Assembly: GCA_963792585.1 (NCBI GenBank)
Contig: CAWBWI010000001.1
Location: 896,001-960,000 of the forward strand
Direction: 5' to 3'
DNA from: Candidatus Eiseniibacteriota bacterium
Lineage (GTDB): Bacteria; Eisenbacteria; RBG-16-71-46; CAIMUX01; VGJL01
Length of the DNA stretch: 64,000 nucleotides
The notes under the pieces: generated by a model
What the model was told of the DNA's origin: nothing
The model's input: only the letters and a program-made list of their open reading frames with translations
Databases searched by the model: none
In this document: in pieces, positions 53,961 through 63,768 of the stretch
How positions within the stretch are numbered: position 1 is the first letter of the stretch
Layout of the letters: each line of letters opens with the position of its first letter
Translations under genes and position numbers: made by a program

Positions 53961-56900
53961 CTAGTCGAGCAGGGCCAGATGTCGGACCTGCGCGAATCCC
54001 GTCGCGCGCATTCGAACGAAGTAGACACCCGAACCCACCGGCCGCCCGGCATCGTTGGTCCGATCCCATGTGACGCGGTGATCGCCGCCGGAGATCTCAC
54101 CGTTGACGAGCGATCGGATTCGCCTTCCGCTCACGTCGTAGATCCCGATCTCGACCTCAGAATCAACGGGCGCATGGAAGCGGATCTCGGCCACCCCGCG
54201 AACCGGGTTCGGCGAGACTCCTTGTAGCGCGAAGTCCGATGCGGCCGTCGGTCCCTCGACATCGGCGACCGGCTCGACGATGACCATGCGGAAGTCGTCG
54301 ACTTGGGCCTCGACGAGCGAGCCCGGGATCGTCTCGCTGGCCACGAACCGAAGCTGGACCTGGCTGGTGAGCGTCAGGTAGTTCTGCAGGTCGAACGTCC
54401 TCTGAGTCCACCCGCCCGTGCTCAGGTTCGTGTTCTCGAGATCGATCCAGTCGGTCCCGTTGCCGGAGACCTGGACGCTCCAGATCTCGCTGTCCGGATT
54501 GCCTCCGTGATCGTTGCTGTAGGAAACCCAGTAGGAGATCGAGGCCGCGTCCACGGCGTGCAGATCGAAAACGGGCGAATAGAGGGTCGTCTTCCCACCG
54601 TCGACATCAGCTTGATCCGCCGCCCCGCCAACGTCTCCGTTCCCGGTCACGAAGCACTTCACCCCGGGAGTCAGCGTATGGTCGTCCTCCAGCTGCACGG
54701 GATACCCGCCCTCGAAAGTGCCGATCGGATCGGCCTGAATCCAGGCGCCCGAGGTCGCATCATCGTCCACGCCCCCCAGGCTCCACCCACGGGACGCCTC
54801 GACGTCGTCGAGGAACCCGCCGACGCAAAGCTGGAACGGCACCGAACCGGTGAAGCCGTAGTCGCCCGTGAGATTGACCCGAAGGGTGAGGATGAACGGA
54901 GAAGGGCACTCCGGCCGCACGCGGATCCGGAAGGGCGTCATCGTCGCCTGACCGCCGGCGGCGACATCGGAGCACGTGCCGATACCGTTGACGAGCTCGA
55001 CGTACGGGTGCGGCGAGAGGGTTCCCCGCAGATTCGCGGCGTTCGCATGACCCGCGTTCCCGATCGTCAGCGCGATATCCACGGTTTCCCCCGTGCCGAG
55101 CCAGCCGGAGCCGTTCCCGAGAGGCTGCGCGTCGTCCATCGCATGGGAAACGTAGCCCAGGATCGGACGTCCGACGGTGCACGGGAAGGAAGCGTCCCAT
55201 CGCCCGACCTGCGCGTGAATCGACAGCGAGAAGGTGACGACATGCTCGTCCGGGGTGTTCCCGGCGAATACGACGCGGAACGGGGTCAGCCCCGCCGCAG
55301 AGCCGCCCGCCGGGATATCACCGAAGACGGCCGTTCCCGTCTCGATGGTCACATACGGATCGCTCGTCGAAAGGTCCGCCGTGACGGCGGCCGCCGGATC
55401 CGTCCCAGAGTTGGCGAGGGTGACGTTCAAGCCGATCGACTCACCCGCCTCACAGAGTTGGTCGCCGTCCCCGCCGTCGGTGTCGTCGATGCTGCTCGCC
55501 TCGTAGACGAGGTTGGCGTTGGTCGGAGGCATGGCCTCCACCGGCTCGATGATCGGGATCTTGTTGTAACCGGTGACCGTCAAGGTCAGTGTCATCGGAT
55601 CCGTCAGGGAGTCATCCACGGGGATCGCCGCCGCGCCGCCACCGTCGGTGTAGGCGGAACCATAGAGTACGCCGTTTGCATAGAGGGCGCAGAGGGCATC
55701 CGCCACCCCGGTCACGGTCACTGCGTATGTGGGTTCACCGATCTGGAAGCTGCCGCTGTGTATGACCGTCATTTCTTCCGGCGTCCGCGTGCGTACGAGC
55801 AGCGAAGGATCGCCGAACACGTGCCAGCAGAGGAATTCGTTGCCTCCATTGGTGGCGCCGTACTCGTCCATCATCTGACAGGAGCCGTTGTAGCACAACG
55901 CGCCGAACGTGTGTTTCTGGTCTTGTACGAGCAGGTCATCGGCGCCGTCTTCCGCGCACATCGGGGGGTTCCATGCCTGGTTGATCGACGACATGTACGT
56001 CGCGATCGCCCCGGTCGGGTTCCCGTTATGGGTCGCGCGGAGCCACGCCTCGGCAAAACAGGTCGCGCCTTCGAACTGGCCGTTCACGCAGGCCACGCTG
56101 AAGATGAACGGCAGCATGTTGTCGTTCTGAAGGGAGTTGACGTTGTTGTTGTTGAAACCTGTCGAACCCCAGCTGGTTTGCGAACCGTGGCCGCAGTAGT
56201 TGATGATCGTCCGCCCCTGATTCAGGGCGTTGGTCACCATCGTGGCGGTTCCCGTCGGATCGTAGATCTCGTCGACGAGGGTGTAGCCGTAGTTCAAGAG
56301 CTTGGTCCGGATGTTGCCGATATGCTGGTTGTCGTATTCGCCGTCGTCCCCGGGCCCCTGGTTCGAGGCGATCCCGACCCCCTTCGGATACCAGGCACCG
56401 CCTATCATCGGGGTCTTCTCGTAGGTGATCGTGCGCGCCACCTGGGTCTGCACCTGGGACAGGTTCTCTGCAGAGAATCGTCCCACCAGGATCTCCGGAT
56501 ACTTGTCGGTGCCGGCCAGCAGGGAATAGCTGGGATCGGACGCGCCCCCCGCCGCGTGCTGGGTCACGACCTGCGTCCCGTCGCCGACGAGCAGGACGAA
56601 GGCGAGCCCCCCCGCATTGTAGGAGGCCTGGATCGCATTCTTGATCGCGGTCGTCGTGTTGCCGATAACGGATACATCGACCAGTTCCGTCGGAATCCCT
56701 GCCTGAAGCTTCCAGTCGACCAGCGGCTGCATCGCGCCCATGAAGTCGGGGTAGCAGATGATCATCAGCCGGCCACGCTCCCCAACCGGCGTGTATCGGT
56801 CGAAGCCGTAGTTGAGGAACTGGCGGCGGTAGATCGGCTCGAAGACTTCCGCGACCGAGGTCGGCGGACCGGAACGGTGGAGAACGTTCGCGACATCGGG

Positions 56901-57524
56901 CCCGGTCGCCACGGCCTCGACGACGAGCCGTCGCGCCACGCGGAGGGTTCCGTCACTGCCCTGCGCCTGGAACGGCAGGGCCTCGATCACCATTCCTCGG
57001 TAGTCGCGCAGGATGTACGGCTCGCTGCCGTCCGCCATCTCGCGGGGAAACCAGGTGTCACTGCCGTAGAACGCACCGAGCGCATACGGCACCTGATCGG
57101 GATCCTGGGTGCGGGGGAGATTCCCCTTGGACGGCGTGGTCGGCAGGCCCGGGAAATCCTGAAGGTCGGCGTCGATGACGTGCACTTCCATTCGGCTGGC
57201 ATCCGGGATGATCACGCTTCGGGCGACGTGGGGAAGCTCGGGCATTCCCGCCTCGAGCAGATTCGACTCGCCGGGCAGCGAGATCCGGTAGTATGGATTC
57301 CCGTCGATCTGGACCGGGTTCGCATCGAATCCCGCGAGGGTGTACTCGACCACGATCCTATCGGGTGAGGACTCGAGGAGGCGGACCTCCACGCCTGCGC
57401 CTTCCGGACCGCCGAGGCTGATCCAAGCAGCCGAGGCTGTCCCCGCGATGGTGAAGGCAAGCAAGAGCAAGAAGGCGAGGAAGCGCGGGATGGAGGAAAT
57501 CCTCCCTGAATGCAAGAGATGCAT
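53961..57524 (-). CDS. Peptidase C25 (gingipain-like), copy 1, intact
   Basis: Signal peptide, propeptide, VGRFS, INYCGHG (His), SVACVNG (Cys), FGDPSL, Ig-like and MAM-like domains, CTD PNP..IYDVSGR..WD..SGVYF. Confidence 0.92.
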   Translation of the reverse strand: MHLLHSGRISSIPRFLAFLLLLAFTIAGTASAAWISLGGPEGAGVEVRLLESSPDRIVVEYTLAGFDANPVQIDGNPYYRISLPGESNLLEAGMPELPHVARSVIIPDASRMEVHVIDADLQDFPGLPTTPSKGNLPRTQDPDQVPYALGAFYGSDTWFPREMADGSEPYILRDYRGMVIEALPFQAQGSDGTLRVARRLVVEAVATGPDVANVLHRSGPPTSVAEVFEPIYRRQFLNYGFDRYTPVGERGRLMIICYPDFMGAMQPLVDWKLQAGIPTELVDVSVIGNTTTAIKNAIQASYNAGGLAFVLLVGDGTQVVTQHAAGGASDPSYSLLAGTDKYPEILVGRFSAENLSQVQTQVARTITYEKTPMIGGAWYPKGVGIASNQGPGDDGEYDNQHIGNIRTKLLNYGYTLVDEIYDPTGTATMVTNALNQGRTIINYCGHGSQTSWGSTGFNNNNVNSLQNDNMLPFIFSVACVNGQFEGATCFAEAWLRATHNGNPTGAIATYMSSINQAWNPPMCAEDGADDLLVQDQKHTFGALCYNGSCQMMDEYGATNGGNEFLCWHVFGDPSLLVRTRTPEEMTVIHSGSFQIGEPTYAVTVTGVADALCALYANGVLYGSAYTDGGGAAAIPVDDSLTDPMTLTLTVTGYNKIPIIEPVEAMPPTNANLVYEASSIDDTDGGDGDQLCEAGESIGLNVTLANSGTDPAAAVTADLSTSDPYVTIETGTAVFGDIPAGGSAAGLTPFRVVFAGNTPDEHVVTFSLSIHAQVGRWDASFPCTVGRPILGYVSHAMDDAQPLGNGSGWLGTGETVDIALTIGNAGHANAANLRGTLSPHPYVELVNGIGTCSDVAAGGQATMTPFRIRVRPECPSPFILTLRVNLTGDYGFTGSVPFQLCVGGFLDDVEASRGWSLGGVDDDATSGAWIQADPIGTFEGGYPVQLEDDHTLTPGVKCFVTGNGDVGGAADQADVDGGKTTLYSPVFDLHAVDAASISYWVSYSNDHGGNPDSEIWSVQVSGNGTDWIDLENTNLSTGGWTQRTFDLQNYLTLTSQVQLRFVASETIPGSLVEAQVDDFRMVIVEPVADVEGPTAASDFALQGVSPNPVRGVAEIRFHAPVDSEVEIGIYDVSGRRIRSLVNGEISGGDHRVTWDRTNDAGRPVGSGVYFVRMRATGFAQVRHLALLD

Positions 57525-57692
57525 CAAACCCCTCCGGAGCACGGTGCACCTGTTCGGTCCCGCGCCCAGTTGATGATCCTCCGGGACGGCGAGCTGCAGC
57601 CTCCGCCCCACGATAGAAGCCGACGCGCATATATCATAACACGTTTGCTACAGGGAACCTAGCCCGCCGTTGCCAGGTCGCGGCAGCCGGCG

Positions 57693-58007
57693 CTAGGCCA
57701 GGCGGTTTGCCGGCGGGGCGAGGGGGCCGAAAGTCTCCTCGAGGATCCGGTCGATGTCCTCGAGGGTGACGGCCGAGTAGAGACGTCCGGGGGGGACCAC
57801 GAGCACGTTCGGGCCGAAGGAGCATAGATCCAGGCAGCCGCTCTGGCTGACGCGAACCTTGTAGGGCAGATCGAGGAGTTTGACCCGCCTCTTGAGCTCC
57901 TGATGGATCGCCGCCGATCCCCTCGCTCCGCAAGAGGGGCGCTCCTCGCCCCGGAGGTTGGTGCAAACGAACAAGATCACCTGATACGGGAGTCTGGTGA
58001 CCTCCAA
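57693..58007 (-). CDS. Thioredoxin-like [2Fe-2S] ferredoxin
   Basis: FVCTN..SC, SGCLDLC..GP, YSAVT.ED. Confidence 0.85.
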   Translation of the reverse strand: MEVTRLPYQVILFVCTNLRGEERPSCGARGSAAIHQELKRRVKLLDLPYKVRVSQSGCLDLCSFGPNVLVVPPGRLYSAVTLEDIDRILEETFGPLAPPANRLA

Positions 58008-58008
58008 C

Positions 58009-58599
58009 CTAGGCCTCCCCGAGGTCGCCCGTCAGAGCCTGGCGCGTCGCCCCATCGACCGGCGTATTTGCCGAGTAGCCAGGATGTTCCACAACCAGGG
58101 CGACCGGGCGGGCGGCATCCCGAAAGACCGCCGCCTGAGCCGCCGTAAATGGGAACTGGACATAGTGGACGCTGGAGATCCGGTTCTCGTCGCTCTGCCC
58201 CTCGGCAAACCGGGCGACCGATCGACCCGCCTCTCCCAGGTCGAACCAAACATGCCCTTCCCGATCGAGGCCCACGAACGCCTCGAGGTCTTCGCGGATC
58301 CTCGCCGCGTCGGTCAACTCGATGAAGAGGGTGCCGGCGAGGCCCACGCCTTTGGGAAGGAGTTCATTGTAGGTTTCCAGTTCGTGCCCAATGGCCTCGG
58401 GCTCGACCATCCGCTCCGCGCGAATCATCTCCTGGATCTGGTAGAGCACCGTCTCCCGGTTCTCGAATGCGATCGAGATCTTCGGGCCCGCCTGAACGCG
58501 CCGCGCCGCGCGCAGGTCGATCAAGGCCCGGCGCATATCCGGCCGCACACGCTCGTAGGCCGTGAGGTCCTTCAGATCTTCAAGCTGGATGGGTCGCAA
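58009..58599 (-). CDS. DUF3501 family protein
   Basis: FENRETV.YQIQEM.R.E, YNELLP, TLFIE, SSVHY; typical position after rubrerythrin and the Fe-S oxidoreductase. Confidence 0.82.
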   Translation of the reverse strand: MRPIQLEDLKDLTAYERVRPDMRRALIDLRAARRVQAGPKISIAFENRETVLYQIQEMIRAERMVEPEAIGHELETYNELLPKGVGLAGTLFIELTDAARIREDLEAFVGLDREGHVWFDLGEAGRSVARFAEGQSDENRISSVHYVQFPFTAAQAAVFRDAARPVALVVEHPGYSANTPVDGATRQALTGDLGEA

Positions 58600-58613
58600 T
58601 TGGGATCCTCCGT

Positions 58614-59910
58614 TCAGACTTCGAAACCAAGCCCGTAGGCTTCACACAGGACTTCGATCGGATGGACCGCCTTCCGGCCCGTGCCCTGTTCGATCTGCAG
58701 CCCGGCGAGGGCGCAGTCGGAGCAGACGCGATTGGGCTGGAACTCCTCGATCCCGGCAAACAGCCGCCGCGCGACCTTGAGAGATTCCTCGTAGTACTGC
58801 TTCTTCATGCCCCAGGTCCCGTCCATGCCGGAACAGCGCTCGACCATCTCGATCTGCGTGCCGGGGATCATGGCGAGGAGATCGCGGCTCTTGTAGCCGA
58901 TGTTCTGGGCCTTCAGGTGGCATGGCAGGTGGTAGAACACCTTGCCGGGTGAGTTCTTGAAGCTCGTGTCGAGTTTTCCCCGCTCATGGAGCAACATCAA
59001 GATACTCGCCGAGGTCGATGGTCGCGCCGGCGACCGCACGCGAGGCATCCCCCCGTCGTCGAGCCAGGGATACTCGTTCTTGAGCACATATCCGCATGTC
59101 GGCTGCAAGACGACGATCGTATAGCCTTCTTCCGCGTAGCGGCGGAAGGAGCGGACGTTGAACGCGAGGTTCTCTTTCGCGTTCTTGTAGTCCCCGCCGT
59201 CAAGATAGGGCATCCCGCAGCAACGTTGATCGGGATAGACGACCCGGACGTCGTGATGGGCGAGCACTGCGAGCGCGCTCTTGCCGATCTCCGGGTTGTT
59301 GTAGTTGACCGAACAGGTGGCAAACAGGGCGACCTTGCCTCCGCTCCCGCCGATCTTCTCTTCAGCTTCTTCTCGCGCTCTTGCGGAACCACGCATCGAA
59401 CGTGGTTCGGTGGAACTGCGGGAGGTTGCGATCGCGGTGCACGCCTGTCGCCTTCTCGATGCAGGATCCGGCCGATCCCGGAGCGAGTCATCCAGTTCGA
59501 GAGGGGGGCCGTCAGCCCTCCCATCGCGCCGGTGAGATCGGGATTGCCAAGGAAGCGGTCCGACGCGTCACCCCTTCCTCTTTCGCTCGGACGATCCGCT
59601 CCCGGAGCATCAGGCGGGGGAAGTCGATGTTGAATGGAGTGGCCCTGGTCAGGCGTGTAGGGGCAGTTCACGTAGCAGAGCTTGCACTGGAAGCAGAGGT
59701 CGACGACGTTGCGCAGTTCCGGGTCGGTCAGCCTCGACGCTCGCCGTCGTGCCGATCGTCGACCGCATCAAAGAGCGACGGGAACGACCGACAGAACTTG
59801 AAGCAGAGGCGGCAGCCGCTGACAGATCTCGGAGACGCGCAGCAGTTCCCGCCTGAGATCGTCCCTCGATTCCAGAACATCTCCGATTGCGGATCGTAGG
59901 TCACGAACAT
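58614..59910 (-). CDS. Rubrerythrin-associated Fe-S oxidoreductase (GlpC/HdrD-like), frameshifted
   Basis: [45 protein letters not shown]. Confidence 0.85.
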
Positions 59911-59995
59911 CCCTCCCTTGCCACCGGCGCGGCGTACGGCCCGGGGACTCCGGATTCGGGGAGCGGCGCGACCGGCCCCCGAATCGCGAGGTCAC

Positions 59996-60429
59996 TTACT
60001 TCTTCAGGTCGTCGAATGCCTTCTGGAAGCGGCCGGCGTGCGACGTTCTCGGCGCGCGCCAGCGTCTCGAACCAATCGGAGATCTCGTCGAAGCCTTCGT
60101 CGCGAGCCGACTTCGCGAATCCAGGGTACATCTGCGTGTACTCGTAGGTTTCGCCGGCAACCGCCGCCTTCAGGTTCTGCTCGCCGTCGATCCGATCGGC
60201 ATGTCGACTCGGTCGCCGGATCGCCGACCTGCTTCAGGTAGTCGAGGTGCCCGTGCGCGTGCCCCGTCTCCCCTTCGGCGGTGTCGCGAAAGTGACCGGC
60301 GACCTCGGGATACCCCTCGACGTCCGCCAGGCGCGCGAAGTAGAGATAGCGCCGGTTCGCCATGCTCTCGCCCGCGAACGCGTGCTTCAGATTCTCGTGA
60401 GTCTTCGTTCCCTTCAACTCCTTGGCCAT
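59996..60429 (-). CDS. Rubrerythrin, short form without rubredoxin domain (frameshifted)
   Basis: [55 protein letters not shown]. Confidence 0.9.
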
Positions 60430-60442
60430 CGTACGATTCCTC

Positions 60443-60477
60443 CTTCTTGCTTCTTGCTTCTTACGTCCTGCTTCCTA
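60443..60477. repeat. Five imperfect 7-bp tandem repeats
   Basis: CTTCTTG CTTCTTG CTTCTTA CGTCCTG CTTCCTA. Confidence 0.6.
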
Positions 60478-60981
60478 CGATCTACGTTGGCTTCGTTTCG
60501 TTCCTCGAGCGTCCCCACCACCCTCTTGCCCCGACACCGTTTCCGGATTCTTTCGTTCACAGGCGGAACAGACCCCGTGGTACTCGATCTGCACCAACTC
60601 GATCCGGAATCCATTGGGCCGTCGGGCGGGAATCTGCGCGGCCGGCAGGTTGGGATCGACGGCCAGGTCCACGATCGATCCGCAGACACGGCAGCGAAGG
60701 TGGTGATGCGGCGTGGGATTCGGGTCGTATCGGCGCGTCCCGTCCGGGGAGGTGACGGTCGCAATCCGACCCATCGCCGCAAGAGCCTCCATCGTGTTGT
60801 AGACCGTGGCGCGGGACATGCCCGGATACCGACGGCGGACGGTGGCGTAGATCTCATCGGCCGTCGGGTGATGGCGCAGGCGCAGCAGGGTCTCGACCAC
60901 CGCCTGTCTCTGCGGGGTCCACCGGTGGCCGGAGGCGCGGAAGGCCTCGACCATGGTTCCCATCTGTTCGACGATATTCAT
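60475..60981 (-). CDS. perR: Fur-family regulator, PerR-like
   Basis: TPQRQAV, HPTADEIY, SRATVYNT, RYD, HHHLRCRVC, CSAC; heads a rubrerythrin cluster. Confidence 0.82.
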   Translation of the reverse strand: MNIVEQMGTMVEAFRASGHRWTPQRQAVVETLLRLRHHPTADEIYATVRRRYPGMSRATVYNTMEALAAMGRIATVTSPDGTRRYDPNPTPHHHLRCRVCGSIVDLAVDPNLPAAQIPARRPNGFRIELVQIEYHGVCSACERKNPETVSGQEGGGDARGTKRSQRRS

Positions 60982-61013
60982 TTAGAATGATTCCTTAGTT
61001 AGAATCATACCAA
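60982..61013. promoter_or_regulatory. Tandem Per/Fur-box-like 7-1-7 sites over an extended -10
   Basis: TTAGAAT-G-ATTCCTT and TTAGAAT-C-ATACCAA; the minus strand has TGGTATGAT. Confidence 0.65.
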
Positions 61014-61038
61014 ATAATCTTCATCCGTCCAGCACTGT

Positions 61039-62073
61039 TTACGCGGGCAAGGATCGGGTCAGATGGCTGGGCCGGATTCCCGCGGCTCCAAGTTCTCGAA
61101 GAAGTCGCCGGACGAGGAGCGATTCCACCCGGCGGGCACGCGAGGCCGTAAGGGCGCCGCCGGGGATCTTCCCGCCCGCGATCATGTCGTGGCCGCCGGC
61201 GGTGCCCAGTCCCGAAACGATCCCGCGGATCACTCTTCCCGCGTTGGCTCGGCGGCGATTGGTGCGGATCGAGAGGAGCAGATCCGAACGGAATCTGCCG
61301 ATGCACAACGCCCAGTCGATCCCCTCCAATCGGACGACGAGGTCGGCAAACTGCGCAACCATGTCCGGGGTGTCGACCCCACCAAGCTGCGTGACCGCGA
61401 CCCCGCCATACAGATGGGTTCCGTCGATCGCACGGTCGATCATGGCGAACCAGGCGCGTTTCAGGGGAGCGTGCTCGATCCTCGACAGCGCCTTGTTGTC
61501 GACCAGGGGAAAACAGGAGAGGAAGACATGTGCATCCGCTCGCCCACCCTCGCGTCCCAGATTCTGGGTCTCCGAACGGATCGCATGGAAAACGGCCGTC
61601 GCCAGCCGACGGTCCGCGGGAAGCCCGGCGGCCTCGAAGTACTCGTATATGATTGTCGTGGTCGCTCCGTACTCCTCACGGATGTCGTAGAAGGCGATGT
61701 CCCGGGTCGCCCGACGGCAGGGGTGGTGGTCGAAGACCAGGTCCGGGGCACGGTCCATGGGAAGGGAGTTGTTCCCCGCCCGCGGTTGGGTGTCGACGAG
61801 GGCAACCGCGTCGAAGGATCCGATTTCCAGCCGCCCGAGCGGCTTCAGGGGAACGCGGAGGACATCGATCATCGCCTGATTCTCGGTCCTCCCTACGATC
61901 CCTCCGTATCCCAGGGTCACGCTGGGAACTCCGACCCGGCGGGCAAGCCGGCCGAGAATCCATGCCGAAGCGATGGAGTCGGGATCCGGATTGTCGTGCG
62001 TGAGCACCAGCAACTTCCTGCGCCCCATCAGAGTCTCACGCAGACGAAGCAGCTTCCTCGCTGATTGAATCAA
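61039..62073 (-). CDS. DHH family phosphoesterase
   Basis: THDNPDPDS, VDT, FDHH, GGH. Start may be ATG 62028. Confidence 0.88.
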   Translation of the reverse strand: MIQSARKLLRLRETLMGRRKLLVLTHDNPDPDSIASAWILGRLARRVGVPSVTLGYGGIVGRTENQAMIDVLRVPLKPLGRLEIGSFDAVALVDTQPRAGNNSLPMDRAPDLVFDHHPCRRATRDIAFYDIREEYGATTTIIYEYFEAAGLPADRRLATAVFHAIRSETQNLGREGGRADAHVFLSCFPLVDNKALSRIEHAPLKRAWFAMIDRAIDGTHLYGGVAVTQLGGVDTPDMVAQFADLVVRLEGIDWALCIGRFRSDLLLSIRTNRRRANAGRVIRGIVSGLGTAGGHDMIAGGKIPGGALTASRARRVESLLVRRLLRELGAAGIRPSHLTRSLPA

Positions 62074-62094
62074 CCGGGCCCTCTTTCCGGCGCC

Positions 62095-63702
62095 TCAGCG
62101 CCGCCTGTCGACGGTCAGAACATACCCGTCCGCCGAGCTGTAGGTGAGAAGCGAATCGACTCGGCCCGGCGCAATCGACACGGGGCGGCGCAGACGGGTG
62201 GCGAGCGTGTCGACGCGCGCGTTGCTCAGGTTCACGCGGACCGCCGCCGATCGCGAGAGATCGAGGTACCAGAGGGAGGTTCCGTGCGGATCCAGCCGGA
62301 GGTCGCCCACGATCCCCATGGCGCCCAGATCGTGGAACGGAAGCGGGTCTCCGCCGCCCGCGATCTTTCGGATCACCGAGCCGGCGGCGGTTCTCACGCC
62401 GAAGTACGCCACGCCCGCAGCGTCCACGGCAACGCCGGTGAGTTCGCCGTCGGTGACGGTTGTGAGAACACTCATTCCCTGCGGGCTCCCCGGCTTGAGC
62501 CGGAGCAGGCGTCCCATCGACCGTTCCCCAACGAGCAAGTCGCCGTTGAACGAGCCGCCGGAATAGACGGCGATGTCCGACGGAAAACCGATCCCGTCGT
62601 AGAGCATGATCGGTTGGGCCGTGCTGCCCCCGAATCTCCAGACCGTGCCCGTGTCTTCCCCCTCGTCTCCGGAGATCAGGAAGTAATAGAGGCCCTCCCC
62701 CGCCCCGCGCGCGACGCCGCTGAGCCCCGGCACCATTACCGTACGGAAACGCTCCCCGCCGGAGGTGAAGCGATATAGGACGTCATCACCGTGGTCCGCG
62801 ACGAAGATCAACTGATCCCCCGCTCCCGTCGTCAGAACTTCGATCCCTCGAGGATCGAGGAAATCCGGTGGTCGCACCGGTGTCGTCACGGATTCGACGT
62901 TGCTGAGCGCTGAGGAATTGCCCGCATCGTCGCGTACGAGAATCGCGAACGAGTAGTCCGTTTCGGCGCGGAGTCCTCTGACGACGAACGTCTCACTCGA
63001 GCCTGGAGGGGCGGGGGTCGGCTCCCCTGTCGCCTGGGTCGCACCGGCCCACGTCTCTTCTCCGAGCGACCCAACGCGGTAGCGGAGATCATAGGCGGCG
63101 GCTCTGCCGGTCAGGCTGTCATCCCCAGTTGCGGTCCAGCCCAGACGCACGGTGGCCGATCCGACGTCCAAGGCGGCGAGGTCGACGACGGGCGCGGGCC
63201 GAAGGGTGTCGGGAGGGATCGGGGCGGCGCGCGTGCGGCCGAAGGCGATGTTGGAGAGAACGGATGGGAGATCTGCGTCGTCGATGCTCACGATGCCGAT
63301 CGCATAGAGCGTGTCCGGGAGGAGCCCGGTGATCTCGAAGCGCTGGGAGACGCCCGGTTGTGCGGGGGCCGGCTCCCCGCGAGCCGTATCGGCGATCGAC
63401 CAGACGCCGACATCGATGCTCTCGGGTCGGTACCGAACGTCGTAGATCGCGGCGGGGCCTCCGGCGTCTCCGTCCTCCGACGGCGCCGACCACTCGATGG
63501 TGACGGAGGAATCGGAGGTATCGATTGCGGCCAGATCGCCGATCGCGTGGGGCGGCGTGAGATCCAGAATCGTCGCCGGCGTGGTCTTGTCCGAGCAGCC
63601 GATCCCGCAAAGGACAGCCGCGCCGAAGACGATCGCCGCCATCGAACCGATTCGGGATCCGAACCCGGCGCGCCGCCCGTCGCGGGAAGTTCCGTGTCTC
63701 AT
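62095..63702 (-). CDS. Lipoprotein with two FN3 repeats and a beta-propeller-like C-terminus
   Basis: Lipobox GIGC; two similar FN3 units (W.A..DD..A..YD.RY..GEP.P..PG..GL...T.Y..DDA..LSN); NHL-like repeats (PRGI, PSDIAV, TGVAVD). Start uncertain. Confidence 0.75.
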   Translation of the reverse strand: MRHGTSRDGRRAGFGSRIGSMAAIVFGAAVLCGIGCSDKTTPATILDLTPPHAIGDLAAIDTSDSSVTIEWSAPSEDGDAGGPAAIYDVRYRPESIDVGVWSIADTARGEPAPAQPGVSQRFEITGLLPDTLYAIGIVSIDDADLPSVLSNIAFGRTRAAPIPPDTLRPAPVVDLAALDVGSATVRLGWTATGDDSLTGRAAAYDLRYRVGSLGEETWAGATQATGEPTPAPPGSSETFVVRGLRAETDYSFAILVRDDAGNSSALSNVESVTTPVRPPDFLDPRGIEVLTTGAGDQLIFVADHGDDVLYRFTSGGERFRTVMVPGLSGVARGAGEGLYYFLISGDEGEDTGTVWRFGGSTAQPIMLYDGIGFPSDIAVYSGGSFNGDLLVGERSMGRLLRLKPGSPQGMSVLTTVTDGELTGVAVDAAGVAYFGVRTAAGSVIRKIAGGGDPLPFHDLGAMGIVGDLRLDPHGTSLWYLDLSRSAAVRVNLSNARVDTLATRLRRPVSIAPGRVDSLLTYSSADGYVLTVDRRR

Positions 63703-63768
63703 CTTGGACCTCCGGCCCTCTGACGCTAGCATCGGGGGTTCGCGCCCGCAAGCAAGGGAGGAATCGGG

